DNA of 63,702 nucleotides, the filler included. It is 7 parts of 7 records of this genome, joined end to end, with 100 filler letters (N's around TTAATTAATTAA, not from the genome) between each part and the next. Parts side by side here need not be neighbours in the genome. Positions count along the whole stretch, not along the records: positions 1 to 17,261 come from SRR20825010_6001; 6 more parts are not named here. One strand, given 5' to 3'. Shown here one piece after another: positions 1 to 9,745 of this stretch (positions are counted from its first letter, which is position 1; every line of letters begins with the position of its first letter). Below the pieces are notes generated by a model. It had not been told where the DNA came from, ran no database searches, and worked only from the letters and a program-made list of their open reading frames with translations. Position numbers and translations under genes: made by a program.

Positions 1-716
1 ACGATATAGGGCCAGTGCGGCTTGATGTAGGACAAGTGCAGGCACCAGGGCTGGTCGCCCATCCCGGTGATGAAGTCGATAGCCCGGTCGGTCATGTAGG
101 GCGTTTCGCTGTCTTCCTCACGGACATTCGCCGCGCCGTTCGAATGCCCCCAATACCAGCCATCCAATGTCTCGGCGTTTTCGCCGCGCACCGAATTCGC
201 GTGGCTTGACCACGGATTTTCACCGGAATAGCCCTTTTGACGGAGATAGTGATTGTAAGGAAGATCCGGATCGACACTCCGGTCGGGATGTAGGCCGTCA
301 TCCCGCTCGTACGGCTCAAATCCACATTCGGAGACCAGCACGCCGTATTCGGAAACCGGATCAAGCCCGAGCCGCGCCATACCGGCGCTGTCTTCCCTCA
401 TGTGGGTTTTGCCGGCCAGCGCGACCCTGAGGCCGAGCGGCCGGAGATAGTCGCCGAGGGTCCATTCATCGACACGCAGCGGGTAGTTATTCCAACCCGC
501 GCCATGGCTGAACATGTACCGGCCCGTATAGAACGACATTCGTGACGGCCCGCAGATAGGCGATTGACAGAAAGCCCTGTCAAACCGGACCCCGCGGGCT
601 GCCAGTGCATCGATATGCGGGGTGTGAAGATGTGGGTGGCCTGCGCAGGACAGATAATCCCAGCGCAGCTGGTCGCACATAACGAAGAGGATGTTCCGGA
701 CGGATTTTCCACTCAT
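1..716 (-). CDS. Sulfatase / phosphonate monoester hydrolase family protein (alkaline phosphatase superfamily), 3' end beyond window edge
   Basis: Absent from the ORF track. Manual translation from the ATG at 716 gives MSGKSVRNILFVMCDQLRWDYLSCAGHPHLHTPHIDALAARGVRFDRAFCQSPICGPSRMSFYTGRY..., with the NIL..DQ metal motif, the formylglycine CxPxR motif (CGPSR) and GKTH. Confidence 0.92.
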   Translation of the reverse strand, partial: MSGKSVRNILFVMCDQLRWDYLSCAGHPHLHTPHIDALAARGVRFDRAFCQSPICGPSRMSFYTGRYMFSHGAGWNNYPLRVDEWTLGDYLRPLGLRVALAGKTHMREDSAGMARLGLDPVSEYGVLVSECGFEPYERDDGLHPDRSVDPDLPYNHYLRQKGYSGENPWSSHANSVRGENAETLDGWYWGHSNGAANVREEDSETPYMTDRAIDFITGMGDQPWCLHLSYIKPHWPYI

Positions 717-720
717 CGAA

Positions 721-1545
721 TCAGGCGTAGGAAAGCGACGAGACGGTGAGCTCCGCAGTCATCTTCCCGTCGGCATTCAACGCACGCATCCCGTCGATAA
801 AACCGGTCTTTGACCGGTGCAGCCAAAGGCTCGCCTCCTCATCCCAAAAGACGGGCCGGCGGAAACTCGCCGCCAGCTCGAACGATGCCGGAGGACCGTC
901 CTCTGTAAGCTTCCCCATCATCCAGACCATGGTCTGCAGGCCTTGCGCGAGCGGCGCGCGATAACCGAGATTAGCGGCGAAATCAGGCTCGAAATGGATC
1001 AGGTTTCCGACATCTGAAGAAAACAACGTAACATCTTCCGGCGTCATATTTTTTTCGGAAACCAGCACATGCCCGTCCCGTGGATCGGACGGAGCTGACT
1101 GAGGAGCCTTCTTGGCGGCTGCCGCCCACTTTTCCTTGTCTGGCACCAATCCGATAACGTCAGCAGTGAGAGCGACTGTGCCGTCTTTCAGGACAAACTC
1201 AAAAGTGCGATGCAACCGATGGCCGCGCGGAACTTCTTCATATGCCTCGATCCAGCCACGCTGGGTCACAGTCTCGCCCACGGCGATCGGCTCTATCTGC
1301 CGGAAACGCTGCTCTGTCTGCACCAGCCCATCGACCTGATGACCAGCCGCACGCATCGCCTTGAAACAATCCTGCCCGAACAAACCGGCCGCCGCCTGAT
1401 CGCCATAAAGCGCGGGATCAACACCGCAGGCCAGCAACCGGCTGTCCTGATAGTCCCGCGTACGGGTCACCGGGCGCTCCGGAAACCGGAATCCGGGATA
1501 AAACTCTTCCGTTTTGGTGCGCGGTGCAGGGGCTGCATGGACCAT
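721..1545 (-). CDS. MaoC-like double hot-dog fold dehydratase
   Basis: C-terminal hydratase-2-like motif FSSDVGNLIHFEPDFA...PLAQG and FRRPV; tandem with the sulfatase. Confidence 0.75.
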   Translation of the reverse strand: MVHAAPAPRTKTEEFYPGFRFPERPVTRTRDYQDSRLLACGVDPALYGDQAAAGLFGQDCFKAMRAAGHQVDGLVQTEQRFRQIEPIAVGETVTQRGWIEAYEEVPRGHRLHRTFEFVLKDGTVALTADVIGLVPDKEKWAAAAKKAPQSAPSDPRDGHVLVSEKNMTPEDVTLFSSDVGNLIHFEPDFAANLGYRAPLAQGLQTMVWMMGKLTEDGPPASFELAASFRRPVFWDEEASLWLHRSKTGFIDGMRALNADGKMTAELTVSSLSYA

Positions 1546-1567
1546 TTAACTCTCCCCCCGGAAGACT

Positions 1568-2281
1568 CTAGAAAGAAGGATAGGCTATAATTTTTTCGCC
1601 TATCTTGACCATCTTGTGCTGGTAATCAGGAGAATATGACCGAATTTCAACGATCGCCTCCGAACGCAACATGAACTGCTCGACGAATTCCCTCAATCCC
1701 GGGTGAAGCGATTTTGCCAAAACGTAGGAGGGAAAAAACTCCGAAATCATCGTCATGGCGACAAGATGAGCTCCCGAGCTCCTGATGAAGTCACGCACAC
1801 CATCGACGACACCGAAGCCACGCGCCCGTGCCTCCGGGCTGTTGGAAAAATCATGCCCGAGAATCAACCCATCGGGCTTCACCTTCGGCCAGACAAGGCG
1901 AAGATCCTCGCGCACTGCGTCACGTGTATGCATGGCATCCACGTAAGCCCAGTCGAAGGTATGATCTTCGAATTCCGGGAGCACATCCTTCGAAAAGCCG
2001 CGCCGGACACGAACCACGCCGCTTTCGATTTCAGCACTGAATTTCTTCAGGACCGATCGGTAACGCTGCTCGTTCGCCTCATCGTCAACATTGTTGGCAT
2101 CCAGCTGGTAGTCAGGCCGACTCTGGTGGATCCAGGGATCCACCAACTGGAGTTGAGACGGTTTAGCCATCTCGAGAATATCCGAGGAAAACACACCTTC
2201 GGCGACACCTATCTCAATCGCCACGCCACCTGCTGGCAAGCATGCCAGCAGGTTTTTCCGGGTCATTTTACCGACCAGCAT
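1568..2281 (-). CDS. Class I SAM-dependent methyltransferase (Methyltransf_24-like)
   Basis: IEIGVAEG motif I, FDWAYVDAMH, and KPDGLILGHDF. Confidence 0.85.
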   Translation of the reverse strand: MLVGKMTRKNLLACLPAGGVAIEIGVAEGVFSSDILEMAKPSQLQLVDPWIHQSRPDYQLDANNVDDEANEQRYRSVLKKFSAEIESGVVRVRRGFSKDVLPEFEDHTFDWAYVDAMHTRDAVREDLRLVWPKVKPDGLILGHDFSNSPEARARGFGVVDGVRDFIRSSGAHLVAMTMISEFFPSYVLAKSLHPGLREFVEQFMLRSEAIVEIRSYSPDYQHKMVKIGEKIIAYPSF

Positions 2282-2337
2282 TGTTTTCCAGTTCTCACAA
2301 AAAGCCAGATTAATAAAGGCACTGAACAGTTTATCTT

Positions 2338-4662
2338 TTAAGCCTTTTCTTCGATCCGTGGCGGCACGAAAGAGGTCACTGGCGGCGGCGTGCCTTTATA
2401 TTTTTCGACTTCAATCAACACTGACTGCGCGCTCGGTCCCTGCCCGATGCGGGAGGTTCCGATATCGCGGGTCAGCACGTTCGGATTGCCATGTTTGCAG
2501 AGCGAGCCGATCACGCCCGGCTCCTCCGGGTCGTACCAGGCACCGGTTGAGAGCTGCACCACGCCCGGCCGTACCGCGTCGGAGATGATCACGCCGGCAA
2601 GGCATGCTCCACGGTCGTTATAAAGCCGGACGACATCTCCATTTTCGATCCCGCGAGCGGCGGCATCGGACGGATTCATGCTCATCGGCTCACGATCCTG
2701 GATTTTCGAGCCCCGGCTGATCGCACCGCTGTCGAGCTGGCTGTGCAGACGGGTCTTCGGCTGGTTTGAGATCAGGTGCAGCGGGTAGGTCTCGGTCAAG
2801 GGCGAGCCAAGCCATTCATAGGGCTCCACCCAAGCCGGGTGCCCCGGTGTATCTTCATAGCCAAACCCGGCAACCGTCTCCGAGAAGAGCTCGATCTTGC
2901 CACTCGGAGTGGACAGCGGATTGGCTTCCGGGTCTTCCCGGAACTTGCGCAGCAGAACGGTCGGCTCTTTCGGCTGCAGCACCTCCATGGCACCGATCTT
3001 GCGGAAGGTCTCAAGATCGGGCAATTCGAAATCGGCTTCCGCCGCGCGCTGCCGCGCCTGATCCCAGAGATGACGCAGCCATGCTTCCTCGTCCCGGCCC
3101 TCGGTGAAGGCTTCGACGACACCAACCCGTTCGGCAAGGCCAGTGAAAACATCATAGTCGTGACGGGAATCGCCGACCGGCTCAATCGCCTTCTGCATGG
3201 CAACAATGGTCTGCTCCCAATGGGTCATGCAGAGATCGTTGCGCTCAAGAGCTGTCGTCGTCGGGAAAACGAAATCCGCATGCCGCGCCAGAGCGGTCCA
3301 CCAGATCTCGTTCACGAACACGGTGTCCGGACGGCGGATCGCCTGCACCAGCCGGTTCAGATCCTGATGATGGTGGAACGGATTTCCACCGGCCCAATAG
3401 ACCGCCTTGATGTCCGGGTAGGTGTGCGTTCCACCATCGAATTCGAAACTGCCGCCGGGATTGAGCAGCATGTCCGAGATCCGTGCCACCGGAATGAACT
3501 TGTCGACCTGATTGCGGCCTTGCGGCAGCGCCGGCCATTTGAACATTTCGACCGGGTTGCCGATGCCGTTCTCTGAGCCGTAGCCAAGCCCGAAACCGCC
3601 CCCGGGCAGCCCGATCTGTCCGATCATTGCTGCTAGCAGGATTGCGAGCCAGTAAGGCTGCTCACCATGATCGGCGCGCTGCAGGCTCCAGGCGACCATG
3701 ATCATGGTACGGCCGCCGGCCATACGGCGGGCTAGCGCACGCATGGTATCGGCCGGAACCTCGGAGATCCCTTCCGCCCATTCCGGCGTCTTCGGCTGCC
3801 CGTCTGTCTGGCCCAGCAAATACGGCAGGAACTTGTCGAAACCGACGCAATAGTCGGCAAGGAAACCTTCGTCGTGCAGTCCCTCAGTATAGAGGGTGTG
3901 GGCCAGTGCCAGCATGATCGCCGCATCCGTGTTCGGGCGCGGAGCGATCCATTCGGCTTCGACCATTTCGATCACATCATTCCGGATCGGGCTGATATTG
4001 ACGAACTCAACTCCCATCTCGTACGCGGTTTTCAGCCCTTCAAAGACGGTATGACGGCCGACGCCGCCAGACGTCACCTGACCGTTCTTCACGGGGGCAC
4101 CGCCAAACATCACGACCAGCTCACTGGTCTCGGCGATCACCGGCCAGGTCGTATGGGTATCGAGCAGGTCTTTGAAATGACCGACGACGTGCGGCGTGAT
4201 CGCCTGCCCCGCCGCATAGCTGTATGTTCCCTCATGGCGCACATAGCCGCCCATGCAGTTCAGGAACCGGTGTACCTGGCTTTGTGCGTGATGGAACCGT
4301 CCGGCACTGGACCAGCCGTAAGAGCCACCGAAAATCGCCTCGTTGCCGTGCGTGTCCGCAATTCGCTTCAGCTCAGCTCCCGCCATGTCGAGCGCCTCGT
4401 CCCAGGGCACGGCAACATAGGGATCGCTGCCACGCCCCTCACGAGAAGACGGGCCATTCTCCAGCCAGCCCTTCCGGATCATCGGACGGCGTATCCGTAC
4501 CTTGTCCTCGATCGCATCGACAATGCCCGGGCCGATGATGGCCGGCGCCGGGTCCTTGTCGTAATCATGCATGGCCACGAGCTTGCCGTTCTCGACCTCA
4601 GCGAAATAGGTGCCCCAGTGAGCGGCGGTTGGTATCAGACGGCGGTCGGTCTTGAGCGGCAT
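2338..4662 (-). CDS. bisC: Cytoplasmic molybdopterin-guanine dinucleotide S/N-oxide reductase (BisC/TorZ/DorA clade)
   Basis: AHWG N-terminus, RIRRPMIRKGWL, GSYGWSSAGRFHHA, Ser Mo ligand in GTYSYAA, RLHSQL and GAWYDP. No Tat signal. Start trimmed to MPLKTD (4662). Confidence 0.85.
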   Translation of the reverse strand: MPLKTDRRLIPTAAHWGTYFAEVENGKLVAMHDYDKDPAPAIIGPGIVDAIEDKVRIRRPMIRKGWLENGPSSREGRGSDPYVAVPWDEALDMAGAELKRIADTHGNEAIFGGSYGWSSAGRFHHAQSQVHRFLNCMGGYVRHEGTYSYAAGQAITPHVVGHFKDLLDTHTTWPVIAETSELVVMFGGAPVKNGQVTSGGVGRHTVFEGLKTAYEMGVEFVNISPIRNDVIEMVEAEWIAPRPNTDAAIMLALAHTLYTEGLHDEGFLADYCVGFDKFLPYLLGQTDGQPKTPEWAEGISEVPADTMRALARRMAGGRTMIMVAWSLQRADHGEQPYWLAILLAAMIGQIGLPGGGFGLGYGSENGIGNPVEMFKWPALPQGRNQVDKFIPVARISDMLLNPGGSFEFDGGTHTYPDIKAVYWAGGNPFHHHQDLNRLVQAIRRPDTVFVNEIWWTALARHADFVFPTTTALERNDLCMTHWEQTIVAMQKAIEPVGDSRHDYDVFTGLAERVGVVEAFTEGRDEEAWLRHLWDQARQRAAEADFELPDLETFRKIGAMEVLQPKEPTVLLRKFREDPEANPLSTPSGKIELFSETVAGFGYEDTPGHPAWVEPYEWLGSPLTETYPLHLISNQPKTRLHSQLDSGAISRGSKIQDREPMSMNPSDAAARGIENGDVVRLYNDRGACLAGVIISDAVRPGVVQLSTGAWYDPEEPGVIGSLCKHGNPNVLTRDIGTSRIGQGPSAQSVLIEVEKYKGTPPPVTSFVPPRIEEKA

Positions 4663-4844
4663 GATGAATTCCCGGTTTCTATCCGCGATGACTATGTGAC
4701 AGGCGCCGCACCAAGACAATGCACTGCTTGGCAATACGGACATCGCGGAACGGGACTGGTTCCGAATAACCCTCCCCCCGCAGATGGACAGCCGCCGCAG
4801 CGCCGGGCAAGGTTGTCGCAACTCAATAAACGGGCGGGAAACTC

Positions 4845-5390
4845 ATGAGCAGTGACTGGAGCGCGAAGGCGCATGGTCTCTTCAAGGAACATGGTATCAA
4901 GCAAGTCGCTTATGTTCCGGATGCGGGTCTCAGCGGACTTATCAAGGCGAGCCTCGCCGATAATGATATCCAGACTGTTCCGCTGACGACCGAAGAAGAA
5001 GGCATTGCCGTTGCGGCCGGCGCCTGGCTCGGCGGGCAGAAATGCGCCGTCATGATGCAGAGCAGCGGTGTGGGCAATACGATCAACATGATCGCGTCAT
5101 TGACCACAACCTGCGCTTTCCCGCTTTTCATGATCGTCACCATGCGCGGCGATTATGGCGAGTCCAATCCCTGGCAGATGCCCATGGGCCGCGCGGTCGA
5201 GCAGGTACTTGAAGCGGTTGGCATGCGCTGCCTTCGGGCGGAAACCACCGAAGAAATGACGGATGCCGTTCAGGCCGGATTGATGATGTCCTTCCATGGC
5301 GGCGAGGCTGTTGCCGTTCTGGTCAGCCAAAAACTGATCGGTGCCAAAGCCTTCTCGGCACCCGCCGCACAAGAGTCGGCAGGAGATTGA
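4845..5390 (+). CDS. ThDP-dependent decarboxylase alpha subunit (sulfopyruvate/phosphonopyruvate decarboxylase ComD-like)
   Basis: YVPDAG, TTEEEGIAVAAGAWLGG and MQSSGVGN of the PYR domain. Confidence 0.85.
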   Translation: MSSDWSAKAHGLFKEHGIKQVAYVPDAGLSGLIKASLADNDIQTVPLTTEEEGIAVAAGAWLGGQKCAVMMQSSGVGNTINMIASLTTTCAFPLFMIVTMRGDYGESNPWQMPMGRAVEQVLEAVGMRCLRAETTEEMTDAVQAGLMMSFHGGEAVAVLVSQKLIGAKAFSAPAAQESAGD

Positions 5391-5393
5391 ATA

Positions 5394-5993
5394 ATGAGCA
5401 ATAACAAACTCTTCCGCCGCGATGTTGTAAAAAAACTAATAACAGCACGTGGTGATGCCCTGTGTATCAGCGGCCTCGGCTCCCCGACCTGGGATCTTGC
5501 AGCCATCGACCATCGTCCGGAGAATTTCTACATCTGGGGCGGCATGGGGGGCGCGGCTCCAACCGGGCTCGGTCTCGCCCTGGCACAACCTGATCGCACC
5601 GTCTGGGTGCTGACAGGCGACGGCGAACAGCTCATGGGGGTCGGCAGCTTTTCGACCATTGCCCTGCAACAACCGAAGAATCTGGCGATTATCGTGCTCG
5701 ACAATGAGCATTACGGCGAAACCGGCATGCAAGCCGCACCGACCGGGCGCGGCACGGATCTCGCGGCCATGGCAGCCGGCGCCGGCATCTCCAACACCAT
5801 GACTGTCCGGGATGAGGCCGAGCTTGATGAACTGGTCAGCATCCTGAAAGAAGGCCGGTTCCCGCTCGTTGCCGTCATCAAGATCGATGTGGCAACCGGA
5901 GACACCATCATGCCGCCGCGCGATGGAAAGTTCGTGAAAAACACCTTCCGCAGCGCTGTGCTCGGTCCCGATGAGGCATTGCACCCAAGCTGA
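5394..5993 (+). CDS. ThDP-dependent decarboxylase beta subunit (ComE-like)
   Basis: ThDP-binding GDG...DN motif (GDGEQLMG...LDNEHYGETG) and GGMGGA; 3 nt downstream of the alpha subunit. Confidence 0.85.
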   Translation: MSNNKLFRRDVVKKLITARGDALCISGLGSPTWDLAAIDHRPENFYIWGGMGGAAPTGLGLALAQPDRTVWVLTGDGEQLMGVGSFSTIALQQPKNLAIIVLDNEHYGETGMQAAPTGRGTDLAAMAAGAGISNTMTVRDEAELDELVSILKEGRFPLVAVIKIDVATGDTIMPPRDGKFVKNTFRSAVLGPDEALHPS

Positions 5994-6008
5994 CGGACAC
6001 ACGCCTGC

Positions 6009-7235
6009 ATGGCACATCACATAGAGACACAGCCGCCCCCGCCGCTACGCGATACCGTGACGGTTGTCTTCTTCATGATCTGGGTTCAGTTGATCGGATC
6101 GATGGCTTCGCTCTGGCTTCCGGCAATCGCGCCGGAAGCCGCCGCAGCGCTCGGCATTGACGCATCGCTCATTGGTCTTCAGGTGGTCGTGGTCTATCTC
6201 GGCGGCATGATCACCAGTCTGTTTGCCGGAGGGCTGGTCGCCCGGCTCGGTGCCTGGAGGGTCTCTCAGGTCAGCCTTGGACTCTTTGCCCTCGCCCACC
6301 TGATAATATCGAGCGGTGCCCTGCCCCTGATGGCTCTTGGCTCCTTCATCATCGGCTTTGGCTACGGTCTGATTAATCCGCCCGCCGCCCATCTGATGTC
6401 CAAGGTGGTTACGCCGAAGAACCGCAATCTCGTCTTTTCCATCCGCTTTACCGGCGTGCCTCTTGGCGGGATCGCCGCCAGTACCTTCGCGCCAGCCATC
6501 GCTCTTTCGCTCGATTGGCAGTCAAGCATGTATGTAACCATCGGCGTGGCGGTTGTGATGGTGTTCATCATGGAGTTTTTCCGGAAACGCTGGGACAGTG
6601 ACCGGTCCCGCGCCGCTCCCCTGTTCCGTTCACCACTGGCTGATATCAAGGCCGCCTGGAAATTGCCCGCGATCCGCTGGCTGTGCTTCACCGGCCTGTT
6701 CCTGGCCGCGATTCAGCTCTCCCTTAATGCCTTCGCCGTGACCTTTCTGGTGGAAGAAACAGGATACACCCTTGTCGCAGCCGGACTTGCACTCACAGCG
6801 GTGCAGATTGCGGGCGTGATCGGCCGTATTGCATGGGGCGTTCTGGCCGACCGCATCCGGAGCGGGTTTACCGCGCTCATAATCAACGCGCTTCTAACGG
6901 CACTATCCGCCCTGGCAACGGTTTTCGTCGCACCGGAATGGCCGGTTGGTATCGTCTACCTGCTGTTCTTCATTTTTGGTTTTACGGCAATGGGTTGGAA
7001 CGGCGTGTTCGCGTCGGCAGTCGTTGAGCACAGCCCGGAAGGAAAAGCCGGAAATATGACCGGCGCTGCGCTGTTCTTTACATTTTCAGGAGTGATCGTC
7101 GGACCCGCCGTCTTCACGCTGGGCTACCAACTCGTCGGCACCTACAGCGGCAGCTTCATGGTCACCGCTATATTGGCCCTGGCTGGAACCGGCACAATTA
7201 TGCTGGCAGCCAAAGGCGCCAGAAAAAAACTGTAA
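6009..7235 (+). CDS. MFS transporter
   Basis: About 12 hydrophobic segments and motif-A-like GRIAWGVLADRI. Confidence 0.9.
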   Translation: MAHHIETQPPPPLRDTVTVVFFMIWVQLIGSMASLWLPAIAPEAAAALGIDASLIGLQVVVVYLGGMITSLFAGGLVARLGAWRVSQVSLGLFALAHLIISSGALPLMALGSFIIGFGYGLINPPAAHLMSKVVTPKNRNLVFSIRFTGVPLGGIAASTFAPAIALSLDWQSSMYVTIGVAVVMVFIMEFFRKRWDSDRSRAAPLFRSPLADIKAAWKLPAIRWLCFTGLFLAAIQLSLNAFAVTFLVEETGYTLVAAGLALTAVQIAGVIGRIAWGVLADRIRSGFTALIINALLTALSALATVFVAPEWPVGIVYLLFFIFGFTAMGWNGVFASAVVEHSPEGKAGNMTGAALFFTFSGVIVGPAVFTLGYQLVGTYSGSFMVTAILALAGTGTIMLAAKGARKKL

Positions 7236-7239
7236 GGCG

Positions 7240-7560
7240 TCAGGATCCCAGTTTGACGGAGCGCGCCCGAATATCACCGAATTCAGGGTTTGGCTTCATA
7301 TCCTCGGTCGGATCTGAATACTCACCGTGCTCGGCCAGAATCGACGCGCTCTCAAGAGCGGTTTTCTCGACTTTCCGGGTCTCGCGCGGGTTCAGCATCC
7401 GAAATGCCTTATCTGCCGCATTGTATTCCTTAACCTCGAGGGTCTTGGCTGCCTTGGCTATGGCTGCGTGCACATAGCCTGTTCCGACCGTTCGATCGAC
7501 CGCTTCAGCGAGGATCTCAAGGCTCTTACGCTCAACATGTTTGCTGTCAACGGCACTCAT
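7240..7560 (-). CDS. Hypothetical protein (about 106 aa)
   Basis: Protein-like helical composition; GGAG RBS upstream of the ATG at 7560; fills the intergenic gap. Confidence 0.6.
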   Translation of the reverse strand: MSAVDSKHVERKSLEILAEAVDRTVGTGYVHAAIAKAAKTLEVKEYNAADKAFRMLNPRETRKVEKTALESASILAEHGEYSDPTEDMKPNPEFGDIRARSVKLGS

Positions 7561-7768
7561 TGCCCGTACTCCAAGTTGTCGCGTATTCAAGCCACAATAC
7601 TTGATATTGTGATGATTCGTCTGATTTTTGCCAAGTTCTTTTTATAAGAAACGCGATATGGCCGAATGCACACAGCAACAGCCACATGAAACCTCACAAC
7701 GCCTTCCACATGCGAAGCCAAACATCGCATAAGCTTTAATTAGAGCCCCCGGAGCGGGAGGCAAGCTT

Positions 7769-8599
7769 CTACAGAACCTCCAGAGCCTGTTTTCCGCTCG
7801 GCGGCGGGAAGGTACGGTCAAGCAACTCCAAGTCCTCCGCGTCGAGAGTCAGATCAAGGGCGGCTTTGTTGGCGTGAACATGTTCCGGGTTCGATGCCTT
7901 TGGAATAGCGATAATTCCGGGATCCCGCAGAACCCATGCCAACGCGACTTGCATCGCGGTTGTGCCGTACTTGGCAGCGACGGCGTCAAGCGCGCCATCT
8001 CTCAGCCTTCCCTGCTCAAGCGGCGAGTATGCCATCAGAGGCATCTTTCGCTCCCGTGCCCAGGGAGCCAGATCCCATTCAATCCCGCGCCGGGAGAGAT
8101 TATAGAGGATCTGGTCAGTCTGACAGAGATCGGGCCCCGCAACCTTTTCCCACGCCTTCATTTCGGCAACATCGAAATTACTGACGCCATATCCGCCGAT
8201 CTTGCCTGTCTCCCGCAAGGCCTCGAAAGCCTCGACTGTTTCAGCAAGCGGATGTGAGCCAGGCCAGTGCAGCAGATAGAGATCGATATGGTCTGTTCCG
8301 AGGCGGCGCAGGCTGTCCTCGCAGGCCTTGATCGTTCCCTTGCGGCTGGCATTGTAGGGCAGGACCTTGGAGACGATGAAAACCTGATCCCGGCGCCCCT
8401 GAATGGCATCGCCGACGACCTCTTCCGCCCCGCCGCTCGCGTACATTTCCGCCGTATCGATCAAGGTCATGCCAAGGTCGATACCCGTCTGCAACGCCCT
8501 GACCTCTCCGTCATGAGCTCCGGCGCTTTCGCCCATATACCAAGTGCCGAGCCCCAGGGCCGGCACGGACCGGCCGTCCGGAAATGTCAGAGTACGCAT
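7769..8599 (-). CDS. Aldo/keto reductase
   Basis: LGLGTW, IDTAEMY, SKV, DLYLLHWP, GVSNF and IPKA motifs; start trimmed to MRTLTF. Confidence 0.95.
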   Translation of the reverse strand: MRTLTFPDGRSVPALGLGTWYMGESAGAHDGEVRALQTGIDLGMTLIDTAEMYASGGAEEVVGDAIQGRRDQVFIVSKVLPYNASRKGTIKACEDSLRRLGTDHIDLYLLHWPGSHPLAETVEAFEALRETGKIGGYGVSNFDVAEMKAWEKVAGPDLCQTDQILYNLSRRGIEWDLAPWARERKMPLMAYSPLEQGRLRDGALDAVAAKYGTTAMQVALAWVLRDPGIIAIPKASNPEHVHANKAALDLTLDAEDLELLDRTFPPPSGKQALEVL

Positions 8600-8627
8600 C
8601 GTCCGTTCCTTTATACGCGTTGAATTA

Positions 8628-9692
8628 TCAAACTTCGGCAACCCGCCTGGCAACAGCTTCTCCGAAGGCATCCGTGCTCAGCGCGCCGCCGATATCCCTG
8701 GTACGCGTGGCCGCATCCGCGACGCAGATCATCACGGATCTTTCGATCGCCCGGGCACTTTCCCGCAATGCATTACTGTCACTGCGGTCCGCGAGCCATT
8801 CAAGCAGCATCCCGGTCGAGAGCATAACGGAACTCGGATTAGCGACGTTCTTGCCTGCAATATCCGGCGCCGATCCATGCGCAGCCTGCGCGACCGCGTG
8901 CCGAAGCCCTGCGTTAAGCGAGCCCGCGAAGCCCAGCCCGCCAGCCAGCTCGGCCGCTTCATTCGAGAGAATGTCACCAAACATGTTGGAAGTAACGATG
9001 ACATCGAACGCCCCCGGCTTCCGGACAAGATGTGATGCCATGGCATCGACCAGAACCTCCTCTACGTCCAGTTCCGGAAAGGCACTCGCCCCCTCGGTTA
9101 CTGCCTCAAAGAAAAGCCCGTCGCTGAGTTTCAACACATTCGACTTGGTCACGATCGTCAGTTTCTTGCGCCGGGTCATCGCCAGCTCCGCAGCAGCCCG
9201 GCCAATCCGCTCCGCGCCTTGCCGCGTGATCTTCCGGACCGCGAGGGCCATATCCTTATCCGGCATGAACTCCCCGCCGCCGGCAAACATGGTGCGGACG
9301 GCATAGAACCCTTCGGTATTCTCTCGCACGATCACCAGATCCATATCCTTGACCAGTGCCGCGTCGTTTCCGACCGAACGGCTTGGCCGGATGTTGGCGA
9401 ACAGATCAAGTCGTCGCCTGAACTCCGCGGACGGATTAAGTCCGCCTTCGGATGGCGCCGGATAGGTGGCGGTTGAAACCGGTCCCAGAATGACACCGTC
9501 CGCCGCCGATGCACTTTCGAATATCGGTTCAGGCAGGGTCGAGCCATGGCTGGCAAGCGACGCTTCGCCGATGGCATGCTCCTCCAGCTCCAGCCCAAGG
9601 CCGAACCGCTCGTCCGCCGCCTTGAGGACCGTCATCGTAGCGCTGACAATCTCAGGTCCTATGCCGTCTCCGGGTAGAACAACCAGTTTCAT
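8628..9692 (-). CDS. Isocitrate/isopropylmalate/tartrate dehydrogenase family protein
   Basis: PGDGIGPEI, VRENTEG, NMFGDILS and HGSAPDIAGKNVANP. Confidence 0.93.
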   Translation of the reverse strand: MKLVVLPGDGIGPEIVSATMTVLKAADERFGLGLELEEHAIGEASLASHGSTLPEPIFESASAADGVILGPVSTATYPAPSEGGLNPSAEFRRRLDLFANIRPSRSVGNDAALVKDMDLVIVRENTEGFYAVRTMFAGGGEFMPDKDMALAVRKITRQGAERIGRAAAELAMTRRKKLTIVTKSNVLKLSDGLFFEAVTEGASAFPELDVEEVLVDAMASHLVRKPGAFDVIVTSNMFGDILSNEAAELAGGLGFAGSLNAGLRHAVAQAAHGSAPDIAGKNVANPSSVMLSTGMLLEWLADRSDSNALRESARAIERSVMICVADAATRTRDIGGALSTDAFGEAVARRVAEV

Positions 9693-9745
9693 TTTGCTTC
9701 CTCCATTGTTTTACGTCCGGCTTTTGCACGCCGGATCGTCAGCCC

